This document shows, piece after piece, positions 1-11,283 of a stretch of 42,830 nt of DNA. This DNA is from Marinimicrobium sp. (lineage in GTDB: Bacteria; Pseudomonadota; Gammaproteobacteria; Pseudomonadales; Cellvibrionaceae). The stretch lies in contig DAHVRW010000001.1 in assembly GCA_027322215.1 (NCBI GenBank), positions 1 to 42,830 on the forward strand, written 5' to 3'. Position 1 is the first letter of the stretch. Every line of letters starts with the position of its first letter. A program made the translations under genes and the position numbers. Below the pieces are notes generated by a model that was not told the DNA's origin, did not search any database, and worked only from the letters and a program-made list of their open reading frames with translations.

Positions 1-20
1 CGGGGCGCAAACGCCGCAAT

Positions 21-230
21 TTAGAATGGGCTTACTCGACTTTCGTAGCCGACCTTGCGCACGGCCTGTACCAGTTGCTCGGGCTCTGCACTGTCGTGCT
101 CCACTTCGATGCGCCCGGTGCTGAAGTGCACAGTGGCCTTCGACACTTCGGGTAGCGCGGTCAGCGCCTGCTCGATTTTGGGGACGCAGGAAGGACAGTT
201 GAGTTCGTTACTGCGAAGGATGGTTTTCAT
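21..230 (-). CDS. Heavy-metal-associated (HMA) domain metallochaperone, CopZ-like, 69 aa
   Basis: LNCPSCVPKIE CxxC motif in an HMA-sized protein; start moved to ATG at 230, which follows a GGAGG RBS. Confidence 0.88.
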   Translation of the reverse strand: MKTILRSNELNCPSCVPKIEQALTALPEVSKATVHFSTGRIEVEHDSAEPEQLVQAVRKVGYESRVSPF

Positions 231-319
231 ACTTGCCTCCTTAAGGTTTCGATTACCGGTCGATTCAGTAACCACGGTCTAGTCAGTAACCATACTACAA
301 GGAGGGATAAACGACTTGT

Positions 320-333
320 ATGCGCAATCGCAA
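320..333 (-). promoter_or_regulatory. Candidate Crp/Fnr-family operator TTGCG-N4-CGCAT for the HMA gene
   Basis: Near-palindrome with FNR-box geometry. With -10 TAGTAT (297-292, minus) the site centre falls at about -41.5, the class II activation position. Confidence 0.5.
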
Positions 334-1080
334 TTAAGTCCCGGCAATGGTCTGTAAAGCCGGTTTATCGCGAATTAACACCCATTGGCGGCCACTATCG
401 ATCAAACCGCGGCGACGAAAACCGGCCATGGTGCGACTTACGGTTTCCTGGGTGGTACCGACCATAGCCGCCAAGTCCTGCTGCGATAGTGGCGCTTGAA
501 TCAAGATGCCGTCTGCCGCTGGCTCACCGACGCGTTCGGCAAGTCTGAGCAGCGTCAGTGCGATACGCGACTCGCTGGGGACCAGTGCCAGTTGACGAAT
601 CGTCTCGCGGGCCTCATCGAGCTTGTCCGCCAAGCTGTGCAGCACTTTGAGGGCAATGCTCGGATACTCCTCCAGCAGCGCGTCGAAATCCTCACCGCTG
701 ATGGTCAAGGTGCAACAGGGCGTTTGCGCGATGGCGCTCTCAAGGTAACGACGTCGACCGACCACGGCGGCACCGCCGAACAGCATACCGGTGGTGAGCA
801 TATCCAGCACCACCTCGTTCCCCTCTGTGCCGTGGCGCAGCAATTTCACCTTGCCGTGGGCGACGAAAAACAGCGACGTCGCCGGTGCGCCTTCGTTGAA
901 AATCGCCGCACCGGCCGGGTAGTTCCGTTCGCGAAACCGAGCGCTTACCCGATCCAGATCGTCCGCCGAGAGGTCGGCAAAAAACTCCGCATCCCCCAGA
1001 AGTTTCTGGCGCACGTGCGCGGTGCAATAACCTTCGCTCAGGGACTCGTCGCGCAGTGGCGTGCGGCGTTTTCGGCTCAT
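334..1080 (-). CDS. Crp/Fnr family transcriptional regulator (Flp/Dnr-like; lacks the N-terminal FNR Cys cluster)
   Basis: cNMP-binding beta-barrel pattern (IFNEG..FFVAHGKVKL..FGG) and C-terminal HTH LSQQDLAAMVGTTQETVSR. Confidence 0.92.
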   Translation of the reverse strand: MSRKRRTPLRDESLSEGYCTAHVRQKLLGDAEFFADLSADDLDRVSARFRERNYPAGAAIFNEGAPATSLFFVAHGKVKLLRHGTEGNEVVLDMLTTGMLFGGAAVVGRRRYLESAIAQTPCCTLTISGEDFDALLEEYPSIALKVLHSLADKLDEARETIRQLALVPSESRIALTLLRLAERVGEPAADGILIQAPLSQQDLAAMVGTTQETVSRTMAGFRRRGLIDSGRQWVLIRDKPALQTIAGT

Positions 1081-1161
1081 AACAACCTCGTGAAGGCAGT
1101 CAGTACAATTCTCCAGCGCCGGCCTGTTAGCACGCTGTTTCGTCGTTATCGAGCAGATTCA

Positions 1162-2640
<1,479 letters not shown>

Positions 2641-2790
2641 GTTTTTACCTTATCTGGGCACGCATGCCGCTGGCTGCGCAACACTTTGTTTTGGAAGACT
2701 TTCCGAGAGGAGGAGCCTGTCGATGAGACTCGAAGAAGCCCGGAGAGCCGAGACGGTCTGACGCTTGTGCTCGCGGCAGACGAACAGGTC

Positions 2791-2862
2791 TCAGCTACGC
2801 CATCGGGCGGGAAGCAGGATGAGGGCGTAGAGATTGTGTAAATATAAGCCGGGCTGGGTCAC
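2791..2862 (-). CDS. trpL: Putative trp leader peptide MTQPGLYLHNLYALILLPARWRS (23 aa)
   Basis: AAGGAG RBS 7 nt before GTG; ends in ARWRS-stop; 150 nt upstream of trpE; too short for the ORF track. Confidence 0.7.
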   Translation of the reverse strand: MTQPGLYLHNLYALILLPARWRS

Positions 2863-2920
2863 AGGGCTTCTCCTTGTAAACGGGCCAGTAAACCGGCAGA
2901 AAGTTTAGTGAATTCAGCCG

Positions 2921-3619
2921 CTATTGGCTAGCCTGTTCGTGGGCGGCCTGGATCTTGGCGCGTAAGTCGGCAACCGCCTGACGGTAGTCCGGTGCACCGA
3001 AAATGGCCGAGCCGGCGACGAACGTATCCGCACCCGCGAGTACCGTCGAACCAATGGTATCCAGATTGACGCCACCGTCGACTTCCAGACGAATCGGCTT
3101 GCCGCTGCGGTCGATTAGCTCCCGTGCTTGCGCCAATTTGTCCAAGGTGTAGGGAATAAACGTCTGCCCGCCAAAACCGGGGTTCACCGACATCAGCAAT
3201 AACATATCCAGCTCATCCAGTACCGGGCGAACCAAATCCAGCGATGAGCCAGGGTTGAGCACCAGCCCAGCCTTACAGCCGCCCTCTTTAATCAAACGCA
3301 ACGAGCGGTCCACGTGCCGCGACGCCTCGGGATGAAAGGTAATGTAGGAAGCGCCGGCCTGAACAAACTGCTCGATCAGCGCATCCACCGGCTCCACCAT
3401 CAGGTGCACATCGATCGGTGCGGTGACGCCGTACTTTCGCAGCGCCTCGCACACCATGGGACCAAAGCTGAGGTTCGGGACATAGTGATTGTCCATCACA
3501 TCAAAATGGATCATATCCGCACCGGCTTCCAGCACAGCGTCCACCTCCTCACCCAAGCGCGCAAAGTCCGCTGCCAGGATCGAGGGGGCGATTTTGAAAT
3601 CCCGTGTAAGCGTCTGCAT
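2921..3619 (-). CDS. rpe: Ribulose-phosphate 3-epimerase
   Basis: [33 protein letters not shown] and EVDGG motifs. Confidence 0.97.
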   Translation of the reverse strand: MQTLTRDFKIAPSILAADFARLGEEVDAVLEAGADMIHFDVMDNHYVPNLSFGPMVCEALRKYGVTAPIDVHLMVEPVDALIEQFVQAGASYITFHPEASRHVDRSLRLIKEGGCKAGLVLNPGSSLDLVRPVLDELDMLLLMSVNPGFGGQTFIPYTLDKLAQARELIDRSGKPIRLEVDGGVNLDTIGSTVLAGADTFVAGSAIFGAPDYRQAVADLRAKIQAAHEQASQ

Positions 3620-3807
3620 ATATCACTCACTGCCGTTGTTTTGAGCTGCTTTGAAAAGTACTGAAATACAAAATGCGTTTATACGACGTCAATCGCGGCG
3701 CCGATGTAAAGTTTGTAAAGTTCTACCGGAATCACCCGATGTCATCTATAGGGCCATACGATGGCCATCATTGTACCCAATCCCCCGAGACGGAGCGACA
3801 CAGGATC

Positions 3808-4890
3808 ATGAGACCCTTTCTCTCAGCCATGGGCCGCTGGGGCATTTGCTGTCTGGGCGGCCTCATCGTGCCCGCGACGCTCGGTATGACACCGGACAGC
3901 CCTCCACCGCTGGATGAGCCGGAAGAACCCCGCGTCGAGCTCGCCCGTTTTGAGACCCGGATGGAGCGCGATCAACACTTACTCGCCCAGGCTTACCCCG
4001 ATGAGGCTCGCTGGCTCACCACACCGCAAGGCGAGCTGTTAGTTCTTTATAAACCCGCTTTGCACAGTGAGCCAAAAGGTACGCTGCTCATGGCCCACAG
4101 CGCCGACCGGCCCGGCGACTGGCCCCCGTTTTGGGAGAACCTGCGTCGCACCCTGCCCTATTCAGGCTGGGCCACCCTGGCATTGACGTTACCGACACCC
4201 CCAAAAGCGGAAATTCCGCCACGTCCGGGCACGCCGATCGCTCAAAATGTGGTGGAAAATCCCGACGAGAGCGAGGCGTCTACCGAAGACACTAACGACG
4301 CGACTGACGTGCCGGAGCAAGAACAAGAGCAAGAACAAGAGCAAGAAGAGGAACAGGAGGAAGAACGGGAGACCGAAATTCAACTCACCCGAGCGCAGCG
4401 CATCGGCCTAAGTCTGGATGCCGCCCTGGCGGCGCTACCGCCCGGCTCTGATCAGAACCGAGTGCTGCTTGTGGACAATGTCAGCGCGGAGGCCGCGTTG
4501 GCCCACCTTCAGCCCCTGCTGCAACTAACAGAACCGGATGAGTTGCCCGGTCGGCGCCACTTGACGGGCCCCGTACACGCGCTGATGCTGGTGAATCTCT
4601 ATCCCAGCCAGCCTCTATCCACCACCGAGTTACAGGCGTTGTTTGCCGTGCCCGAATTGCCCGTGCTGGATCTGTTTCCTGGCCCCGACAGCGCGCCCAA
4701 TCGACAGCAGCGCCAGCTTCATCGGGGGCTGGCGCGCCAGCAGAATCTGGCGCACTACCAAGCGGTGCTGATGCCGCCCGCCACCGCGGCGAATGTAAAC
4801 AATCAAAGCGCGTTTTGGGCACGGCGTCTGCAGGGCTTTATGGGCCACCAAAACAGCGCCGCGACACTGAGCCCCAGTGCCGCTGACTGA
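3808..4890 (+). CDS. Exported DUF3530-like (alpha/beta-hydrolase-like) protein with an acidic low-complexity insert; start uncertain
   Basis: Hydrophobic N-terminus; LRRTLPYSGWATLAL and LPVLDL segments typical of DUF3530; EQ-repeat tract. Confidence 0.6.
   Translation: MRPFLSAMGRWGICCLGGLIVPATLGMTPDSPPPLDEPEEPRVELARFETRMERDQHLLAQAYPDEARWLTTPQGELLVLYKPALHSEPKGTLLMAHSADRPGDWPPFWENLRRTLPYSGWATLALTLPTPPKAEIPPRPGTPIAQNVVENPDESEASTEDTNDATDVPEQEQEQEQEQEEEQEEERETEIQLTRAQRIGLSLDAALAALPPGSDQNRVLLVDNVSAEAALAHLQPLLQLTEPDELPGRRHLTGPVHALMLVNLYPSQPLSTTELQALFAVPELPVLDLFPGPDSAPNRQQRQLHRGLARQQNLAHYQAVLMPPATAANVNNQSAFWARRLQGFMGHQNSAATLSPSAAD
4315..4365 (+). repeat. In-frame GARCAR microsatellite-like tract encoding EQEQEQEQEQEEEQEEE
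   Basis: GAGCAAGAACAA repeated about 2.5 times, then degenerate copies. Confidence 0.85.
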
Positions 4891-4929
4891 GACTTTGCCG
4901 CCGCGGAGCTGGAAACGGCGCTATCGGGC

Positions 4930-6141
4930 CTACGGATTCCGATCCGCCCCTTGCAACACCCGGGCGATACTCTGCGCCACATAGTCCAGTGCGCTATCGG
5001 TCAAGCCGGCCACGTTGATGCGGCTGTTGTCGGTCATGTATAGGCTGAACTCCGTGCGCAGGCGCTGTACTTGGGTTTCGCTCAAGCCGAGGAAGGAAAA
5101 CATTCCCCGCTCCCGAGCAATAAAGGAGAAATCCCGCTCCGGTAAATGCTTCGCCAAAGCTTCCACCAGTGACTTCCGCAAACCCTGAATTCGGGTGCGC
5201 ATGTGGGCCAACTCGTCCTGCCACTGCTGTTTGAGCTCGGGCGAATTCAAAATGATATCCACAATCGCGCTGCCGTGCGCCGGAGGCATAGAGTAGAGGC
5301 CCCGGGTTACGCTTAACAACTGACTGTGGGCGGCCAGGGACTGGGTCGGGTTAGTGCTCACCAATGTCAGCGCACCGGCGCGGTCCCGATACAATCCGAA
5401 ATTCTTCGAGAAGGAAGAGGCAACGATCACTTCCGGCAAATGCTCCGCCATTAATCGGGGACCAAACGCATCCTCGTCCAGACCTTGGCCCAGGCCCTGA
5501 TACGCCGAGTCGATCAGTGGCACAAATCCGCGTTCCAGAGCCAGATCGGTCAATTGTTGCCATTGGGACGGTGAAAGGTCCGCACCGCTGGGGTTGTGGC
5601 ACGAGGCGTGAAATAACACCACGTCGCCAGCGGGCACCTTCGTGAGGGCGGCGAACATGGCCTCAAAATCCAAACAGTGATTCGCGTAATCGTAGTAGGG
5701 ATACTCTTCCAGCGCGAGCCCGGCGCCCCCCAGCAGCGGCACATGGTTGGCCCAACTGGGGTTGCTCACCCAAACCCGCGCCCGGGGCCGCGCCCGCATA
5801 ATCAGCTCCGCGGCCACCCGCAGCGCTCCGCAGCCGCCGGGAGTTTGAATACTGTGTACGCGCGCGGCCGTTAACGCCGGGTGATCCGCTCCCAGCAGCA
5901 AAACATTGGCGGCATCGTTCGCCCCCGGGTATCCCGCCGGGAAGGTGTAAGCCTTGGTGGTTTCCCGGCGCAAGCGCTCCTGTTCCGCCGCCCGCACCGC
6001 GGCCATGATCGGGGTTTCCCCGGCGTCATTACGATAAACACCCACCCCCAGATCCACCTTGTTAGGATTCGGATCATCCCGGAACGCAACACTTAAGCCC
6101 AGAATGGGATCACTGGGCAACAGGGGCAGGCCTTCAAACAT
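4930..6141 (-). CDS. aspC: Aspartate/aromatic amino acid aminotransferase (AspC/TyrB family)
   Basis: DPILGL, KVDLGVGVY, QTPGGCGAL, CHNPSG, DSAYQG and PLP lysine motif SFSKNFGLY. Confidence 0.93.
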   Translation of the reverse strand: MFEGLPLLPSDPILGLSVAFRDDPNPNKVDLGVGVYRNDAGETPIMAAVRAAEQERLRRETTKAYTFPAGYPGANDAANVLLLGADHPALTAARVHSIQTPGGCGALRVAAELIMRARPRARVWVSNPSWANHVPLLGGAGLALEEYPYYDYANHCLDFEAMFAALTKVPAGDVVLFHASCHNPSGADLSPSQWQQLTDLALERGFVPLIDSAYQGLGQGLDEDAFGPRLMAEHLPEVIVASSFSKNFGLYRDRAGALTLVSTNPTQSLAAHSQLLSVTRGLYSMPPAHGSAIVDIILNSPELKQQWQDELAHMRTRIQGLRKSLVEALAKHLPERDFSFIARERGMFSFLGLSETQVQRLRTEFSLYMTDNSRINVAGLTDSALDYVAQSIARVLQGADRNP

Positions 6142-6174
6142 GATGAGCTCCGTACGGTCGAGTTAAAGCGCCAA

Positions 6175-6227
6175 ATTATACGTGGCGCCGACGGCTTTGC
6201 CAGCGCTTGAGCCAGGTTATGTATAAT
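6175..6227. promoter_or_regulatory. Overlapping divergent sigma70-type promoters for aspC and hisC
   Basis: Perfect TATAAT on minus (6180-6175) with CTGGCA 17 nt upstream; perfect TATAAT on plus (6222-6227) with TTGCCA 19 nt upstream. Confidence 0.5.
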
Positions 6228-6262
6228 GAGCTCTTTTTGTCTCATGGGACTGGAATTTAACC

Positions 6263-7339
6263 ATGTCGAAGTACTGGAGCGAGCGGGTTCGCGAACTGCA
6301 ACCCTATGTGCCCGGCGAACAGCCGCAGGTGGACGGGCTAATCAAACTCAACACCAATGAAAACCCCTACCCACCCTCACCCAAGGTAGTCGAAGCGCTG
6401 CAAGCGAGCTCTTTGGAGCGGTTGCGCCTGTACCCCGACCCCTACTCCCGCCCTCTGCAGACCAGCGTTGCCAATCTTTATGGGCTGAAACCGGAGCAGG
6501 TCATTGTGGGCAACGGCTCCGATGAGGTGCTGGCCTTTGCATTTATGGCGTTTTTCATGCAAGACCGCCCCCTGTTGTACCCAGACATTACGTACAGCTT
6601 TTACCCGGTCTACTGTCAGCTGTTCGGCATTACTCCGCGCACGATTCCGGTGCGGGAGGATTTCACCATCGCGCTGGAGGATTATCCGTCGGACAACGGC
6701 GGTATCATCTTCCCCAACCCAAACGCACCCACCAGCATTGGCGTGCCGCTGGAGGAGATCGAGTCACTGCTAAAGCGCAATACCGATTCGGTGGTGATCG
6801 TCGATGAGGCCTATGTGGATTTCGGTGCGCAGAGTGCCGCCGCGCTGGTGGATCGATATCCCAATCTACTGGTGATTCAGACCCTGTCCAAGTCGCGCTC
6901 GCTGGCGGGTTCGCGGGTCGGTTTTGCTGTAGGGCATGTGGATTTAATCGAAGGGATGGACCGGGTCAAAAACTCTTTCAACTCTTACCCCGTAGACTAC
7001 CTGGCGCAGATCGTTGCCTGCGCGGCATTGGACGATCGCGAGTATTTCAATCGTTGTCGTGACCAAGTTATTGCCACTCGTACCTGGTGCACCAGCGCCC
7101 TGGAAGAGCTCGGCTTCGAGGTTCTGCCCTCCCAAACCAACTTTTTATTTGCCCGCCCGCCGACGCCGGTCAGTGCGGCGGAACTGGCGCAGGCGTTGCG
7201 CGAGGCCAAAATACTGGTGCGGTATTTTAACCAGCCCCGGGTCTCCGAGTATTTGCGCATCAGCCTGGGTACCGATACAGAGATGACCTACCTCGTTGAC
7301 ACCTTGAAAACCCTCCTCAAGCCACGGGCTCAAATCTGA
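6263..7339 (+). CDS. hisC: Histidinol-phosphate aminotransferase
   Basis: [35 protein letters not shown] and [10 protein letters not shown] motifs. Confidence 0.96.
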   Translation: MSKYWSERVRELQPYVPGEQPQVDGLIKLNTNENPYPPSPKVVEALQASSLERLRLYPDPYSRPLQTSVANLYGLKPEQVIVGNGSDEVLAFAFMAFFMQDRPLLYPDITYSFYPVYCQLFGITPRTIPVREDFTIALEDYPSDNGGIIFPNPNAPTSIGVPLEEIESLLKRNTDSVVIVDEAYVDFGAQSAAALVDRYPNLLVIQTLSKSRSLAGSRVGFAVGHVDLIEGMDRVKNSFNSYPVDYLAQIVACAALDDREYFNRCRDQVIATRTWCTSALEELGFEVLPSQTNFLFARPPTPVSAAELAQALREAKILVRYFNQPRVSEYLRISLGTDTEMTYLVDTLKTLLKPRAQI

Positions 7340-7642
7340 GCCCGTATTGCCCCCGCCACCAACGATTATGGCGACACGTGAAGCTTGATTCTCGCGCCAA
7401 AGCCGGCTTATGATGAATCCATATAAGAAAAGCAATAACAGAGGATTCCATATCTATGTCGATGATTTTCCCGAGCGCCCGGCGGTCCGAGCGCCCAGGT
7501 GGTCGCGAAAGTCGAGACATCAATCCGACATAAACGGCGGATAGCATTAAAGCGCAGCTCCGAAACACCGTGTTATGCCTCGGGTTACCGCCGTGTTGGG
7601 CAAGCCCATGTTCTGGCATAAATATGTTATGAGATAAATGTG

Positions 7643-7682
7643 TTCTGAAATAGATAGGCTCTGAAATAGATAGGTTCTGAAA
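7643..7682. repeat. 16-bp tandem repeat (YTCTGAAATAGATAGG x2.5) upstream of the GGDEF-EAL gene
   Basis: TTCTGAAATAGATAGG-CTCTGAAATAGATAGG-TTCTGAAA read directly. Confidence 0.9.
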
Positions 7683-7793
7683 CACGGATTTATGCAGATA
7701 TCGGCAAACCGTAGCGTTGCCGGTTTTAAAGTCAGTCACGCCGAGACACCACAGGCGGGGCTACCTTTCGATAACGGACCCAGTTGGGCGACT

Positions 7794-10094
7794 ATGAGTG
7801 ATAAACCCACGGCTGTTGAATTGATCAAGAAGTTTCAGCAGCTGTTTTCCGACCTCAACCACAAACAGATTGCTGAGCGCCTGGTAAAACTGGTCGTGGT
7901 CAAGCCTGCCGTCAGTCGCGTCGCGCTCATCGTTCTGCGAGATGACAAACTCTACGTGCAAGCCGTTGCCCAGCACCAGCCCGGCGAGCCACGCGTCAAC
8001 AGCCTGGCCACGGCACTGGATAAACTCAAGCTGTTCCCCTCTGCCCATATAAAGCACGTATTCTCCACCGGCGACACCCTGGAGCTGAGCCACACGGGCC
8101 CTTTTAGGTTCGAGCCCGGTTCTGTTCCTAAAGAATGCCAAGCCGGCTACATTCAACCCATTGCCGAAAACGAAAAAACCATCGCCGCGTTTTACATTGA
8201 GACAGCGCGTGACCTGCCGACACTGCTCGAAAGCGTGGCCGATCTCGATACCGTATGGGCATTCAGCGGCATGCTGGCTCGTCAGGTGATTGACATGGGA
8301 CGTCACGATGAGCAAGCCGAACGTTATCGACTCGCCCAGCAGGCACTGTGGGCCAGTGAGATTTACCTACATGCCATCTTGCAGCACTCGCCCGCGCTGA
8401 TTTCGGTCAAAGATCTCGATGGCAACGTGGTGCTTGCCAGTGATCACTATAAACATCTTCAAAACGTGGACGAGAGTGGCTTCGTCGGCAAAAACGTGTT
8501 TGATGTTTACCCTAAAAACATTGCGCAAGCGCTTTGGGACATCGATCTGGCCACGAAAAACCGCCGCCAGACGTTCGAAAGCGAACTCCAGTTGATGCAC
8601 AGTGACGGCACGTTGCACACCTACTTTATGGTGAAATTTCCGCTGCGTGACGAGAGCGACGAAGTGTTCGGTGTGTGCACCATTTGCACCGATATTTCAG
8701 AGCGCAAGCTGGCTGAAAATGCACTGCGCGAGCAGCAGTCGCGCCTGAATTACATGGCGTTTCACGATTCGCTCACCGCTTTGCCCAACCGCTCGCTGTT
8801 TTACGACCGTATCCATCACGGCCTGGCTCGCGCCCAGCGAAGCAATAGCAAGCTGGCACTGATGCTGCTGGATATCGACCGTTTTAAAAATATTAACGAC
8901 AGCCTTGGGCACGACTCCGGCGATTTACTATTAAAAGCGATTGCCAGCCGCCTGAACGAAAACGTGCGCGATATGGACACCGTCGCGCGCCTGGGTGGCG
9001 ACGAGTTTGTTGTCGTGCTTGAAGGTGTCAATGACGTTGACGACGTTATCTTTATCGCCAATAAGCTGCTCGTTACCCTGGCCCGGCCACTGGAAATTTG
9101 CGGACACGAAATCACCATCACCGTCAGCATCGGCGTCAGCCTGTACCCGGACGATGGTATGGACGCGGATGAGCTGCTGAAAAACGCCGACATTGCCATG
9201 TACAAAGCCAAAGAGGCGGGCAAGAACAACTGTCAGTTTTACACCAAAGGCATGAGCGCCACGGCAGTGAATTATTTGCTGCTGGAAAACGATTTGCGCC
9301 GCGCTATTGAGCAAGAACAGCTCATCTTGCACTACCAACCTCAGGTGGACCTGCAAATCGGTGAGCTAATGGGTTTTGAAGCGCTCGTGCGCTGGCAGCA
9401 CCCCGAGCGCGGGTTAGTATCGCCGGTGCATTTCATTCCCCTCGCGGAGGAAACCGGATTGATCGCGCCTATCGGTGAGTGGGTGCTAAGAGAAGCCTGT
9501 CGGCAACAATATGAATGGCTCAGCGCCGGCAAGCAGGTGGGGCGCATCGCGGTCAATCTTTCGCCGCGGCAGTTCCGCCAACGCAACTTTCCCGAGACAG
9601 TAAAAACCATACTGAAGGAGACCGGCTTAAAGGCGGAACACCTGGAGCTGGAAATCACCGAAAGCTGCGCAATGGAACACGCGGGTGAAACCATCAACCA
9701 ACTGAACCAGTTACGGCAGATGGGCTTGTTTTTGGCCATTGATGACTTTGGTACCGGCTACTCTTCACTCGCCTACCTAAAGCGCTTCCCCATCCAGAAG
9801 CTGAAAATCGACAGCAGTTTTATTCACGACATCCATGACGATGCCAACGATGCCGCTATTGCCAAATCCATTATTGGACTTGCGCATAATATGCAACTTG
9901 ATGTGGTCGCTGAGGGTGTGGAAAAACAGGCGCAGGCACAATGGCTGCGCGAGCAAGGGTGCGATCAGGGACAGGGCTATTTATTTGCCAGACCGCTGAC
10001 GGCAGAACAGGTAGAAAGCCGTTTTAAAGGCTCGACATTCAAATTTGACGGCCACGTAATTGAGTTGAACAAGATCGCCAAGCTCGGCGCCTGA
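7794..10094 (+). CDS. GAF-like/PAS/GGDEF/EAL diguanylate cyclase-phosphodiesterase
   Basis: PAS (KDLDG...DISERK), HDSLTALPNR, RxxD I-site RDMD before GGDEF, EALVR, DDFGTGYSS, EGVE; start set at ATG 7794. Confidence 0.95.
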   Translation: MSDKPTAVELIKKFQQLFSDLNHKQIAERLVKLVVVKPAVSRVALIVLRDDKLYVQAVAQHQPGEPRVNSLATALDKLKLFPSAHIKHVFSTGDTLELSHTGPFRFEPGSVPKECQAGYIQPIAENEKTIAAFYIETARDLPTLLESVADLDTVWAFSGMLARQVIDMGRHDEQAERYRLAQQALWASEIYLHAILQHSPALISVKDLDGNVVLASDHYKHLQNVDESGFVGKNVFDVYPKNIAQALWDIDLATKNRRQTFESELQLMHSDGTLHTYFMVKFPLRDESDEVFGVCTICTDISERKLAENALREQQSRLNYMAFHDSLTALPNRSLFYDRIHHGLARAQRSNSKLALMLLDIDRFKNINDSLGHDSGDLLLKAIASRLNENVRDMDTVARLGGDEFVVVLEGVNDVDDVIFIANKLLVTLARPLEICGHEITITVSIGVSLYPDDGMDADELLKNADIAMYKAKEAGKNNCQFYTKGMSATAVNYLLLENDLRRAIEQEQLILHYQPQVDLQIGELMGFEALVRWQHPERGLVSPVHFIPLAEETGLIAPIGEWVLREACRQQYEWLSAGKQVGRIAVNLSPRQFRQRNFPETVKTILKETGLKAEHLELEITESCAMEHAGETINQLNQLRQMGLFLAIDDFGTGYSSLAYLKRFPIQKLKIDSSFIHDIHDDANDAAIAKSIIGLAHNMQLDVVAEGVEKQAQAQWLREQGCDQGQGYLFARPLTAEQVESRFKGSTFKFDGHVIELNKIAKLGA

Positions 10095-10203
10095 CAGGCG
10101 ATTACAAAAGATCATTGCAAACGACGATCAACAAAAGACTGTTAACAAAAAATCGTTAAAACAGAACCGCCGAAGCCGCGCCAGGCATCGTTGCACCGGC
10201 TGA

Positions 10204-11283
10204 TTAATCCCGCAAGGACTCTTCCTTGCCAATAAAAAATGGCTCTTCCTGCTCATTGCTAAGATGCTCGTGAAACCCTTGCAACTGATCGGCCACGCGG
10301 CGCGTGTGACGTTTGAAGCTGGCCAAATGCAAGAGCGCCTCCCCTTCGTGCACCAGAGGCAGGTTGTTGGCCCCAATCACGATGGCTTCATCGGGCGCTA
10401 TCACGGGCGTTTCATTAAGCCCCATGGGGTCGGCAATATAACCGAGCAGCTGCCCTTTTTTTACACGCTCCCCTAAGCGCACCATCAAGCGCATCACACC
10501 ACTATGAGGCGCACGTACCCAACGGCTGTCATCCGCCACCACCGAGCGTGCCGCCTTGGCGGCACGTTTGCGCGCTGGCAACATGCTCAGCGCCCGCATG
10601 ACATTGAGAATACCCCGGGTGCCGGCGCGAATACTCAGCTCGTCAAAGCGCAGCGCCTCCCCGGCTTCATACAACAGCAACGGTATGCCGCTGTCCGCTG
10701 CCGCCTGGCGGAGCGAACCGTCACGCAGTTTCGAATCCAGCACGACGGGCACACCAAACTCCATGGCCAGGGCCAGGGTATGCTCATCGCTCAAATCGGC
10801 GCGAATTTGCGGCAGGTTGGTTCGATGTCGCGCACCGGTGTGCAGATCAATGCCGTGGGTGCAGTGACGCACTATGTCATTAAGAAAGGTGTTGGCCACA
10901 CGACTGGCCAACGAGCCGCGTTCGCTGCCGGGAAAGCTCCGGTTTAAATCACGACCATCCGGCAAATAGCGGGACTGGGTTAAAAACCCATGCACATTAA
11001 CTAACGGAATAGCCAGCAAGGTGCCATGCAGCTGATCGAGCTGTTTGGACTTTAGCAGGCGCCGGATAATTTCTACGCCGTTGAGCTCATCACCATGAAT
11101 CGCGGCACACACAAAAATACAGGGGCCGGGGCGGCGCCCATTAACAACGTGAACCGTCAGCATCACGTCCGCGTGGGTGTACATGGCGGCCAGAGGCAGC
11201 TCTACGGTGACGTGCTGGCCCGGCTTCACTTTCGTGCCGCCAATTTCAATGGCGTTGTTAGTCGCCGCGCGTTTACTCGACAT
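10204..11283 (-). CDS. Succinylglutamate desuccinylase/aspartoacylase (M14) family peptidase with a C-terminal lipoyl-like domain
   Basis: HGDELNG, DLNRSFPG and IDLH zinc motifs, YEAGE; ATG overlaps the rimK stop (TAATG). Confidence 0.9.
   Translation of the reverse strand: MSSKRAATNNAIEIGGTKVKPGQHVTVELPLAAMYTHADVMLTVHVVNGRRPGPCIFVCAAIHGDELNGVEIIRRLLKSKQLDQLHGTLLAIPLVNVHGFLTQSRYLPDGRDLNRSFPGSERGSLASRVANTFLNDIVRHCTHGIDLHTGARHRTNLPQIRADLSDEHTLALAMEFGVPVVLDSKLRDGSLRQAAADSGIPLLLYEAGEALRFDELSIRAGTRGILNVMRALSMLPARKRAAKAARSVVADDSRWVRAPHSGVMRLMVRLGERVKKGQLLGYIADPMGLNETPVIAPDEAIVIGANNLPLVHEGEALLHLASFKRHTRRVADQLQGFHEHLSNEQEEPFFIGKEESLRD

Noticed and set aside
7701-7735. GGCAAACC upstream of the GGDEF-EAL gene, suggesting a c-di-GMP-I riboswitch
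   Set aside because: The GNRA-capped P2 and the following GCAAA/P3 elements are missing; only a simple CGGCAA/TTGCCG hairpin is present
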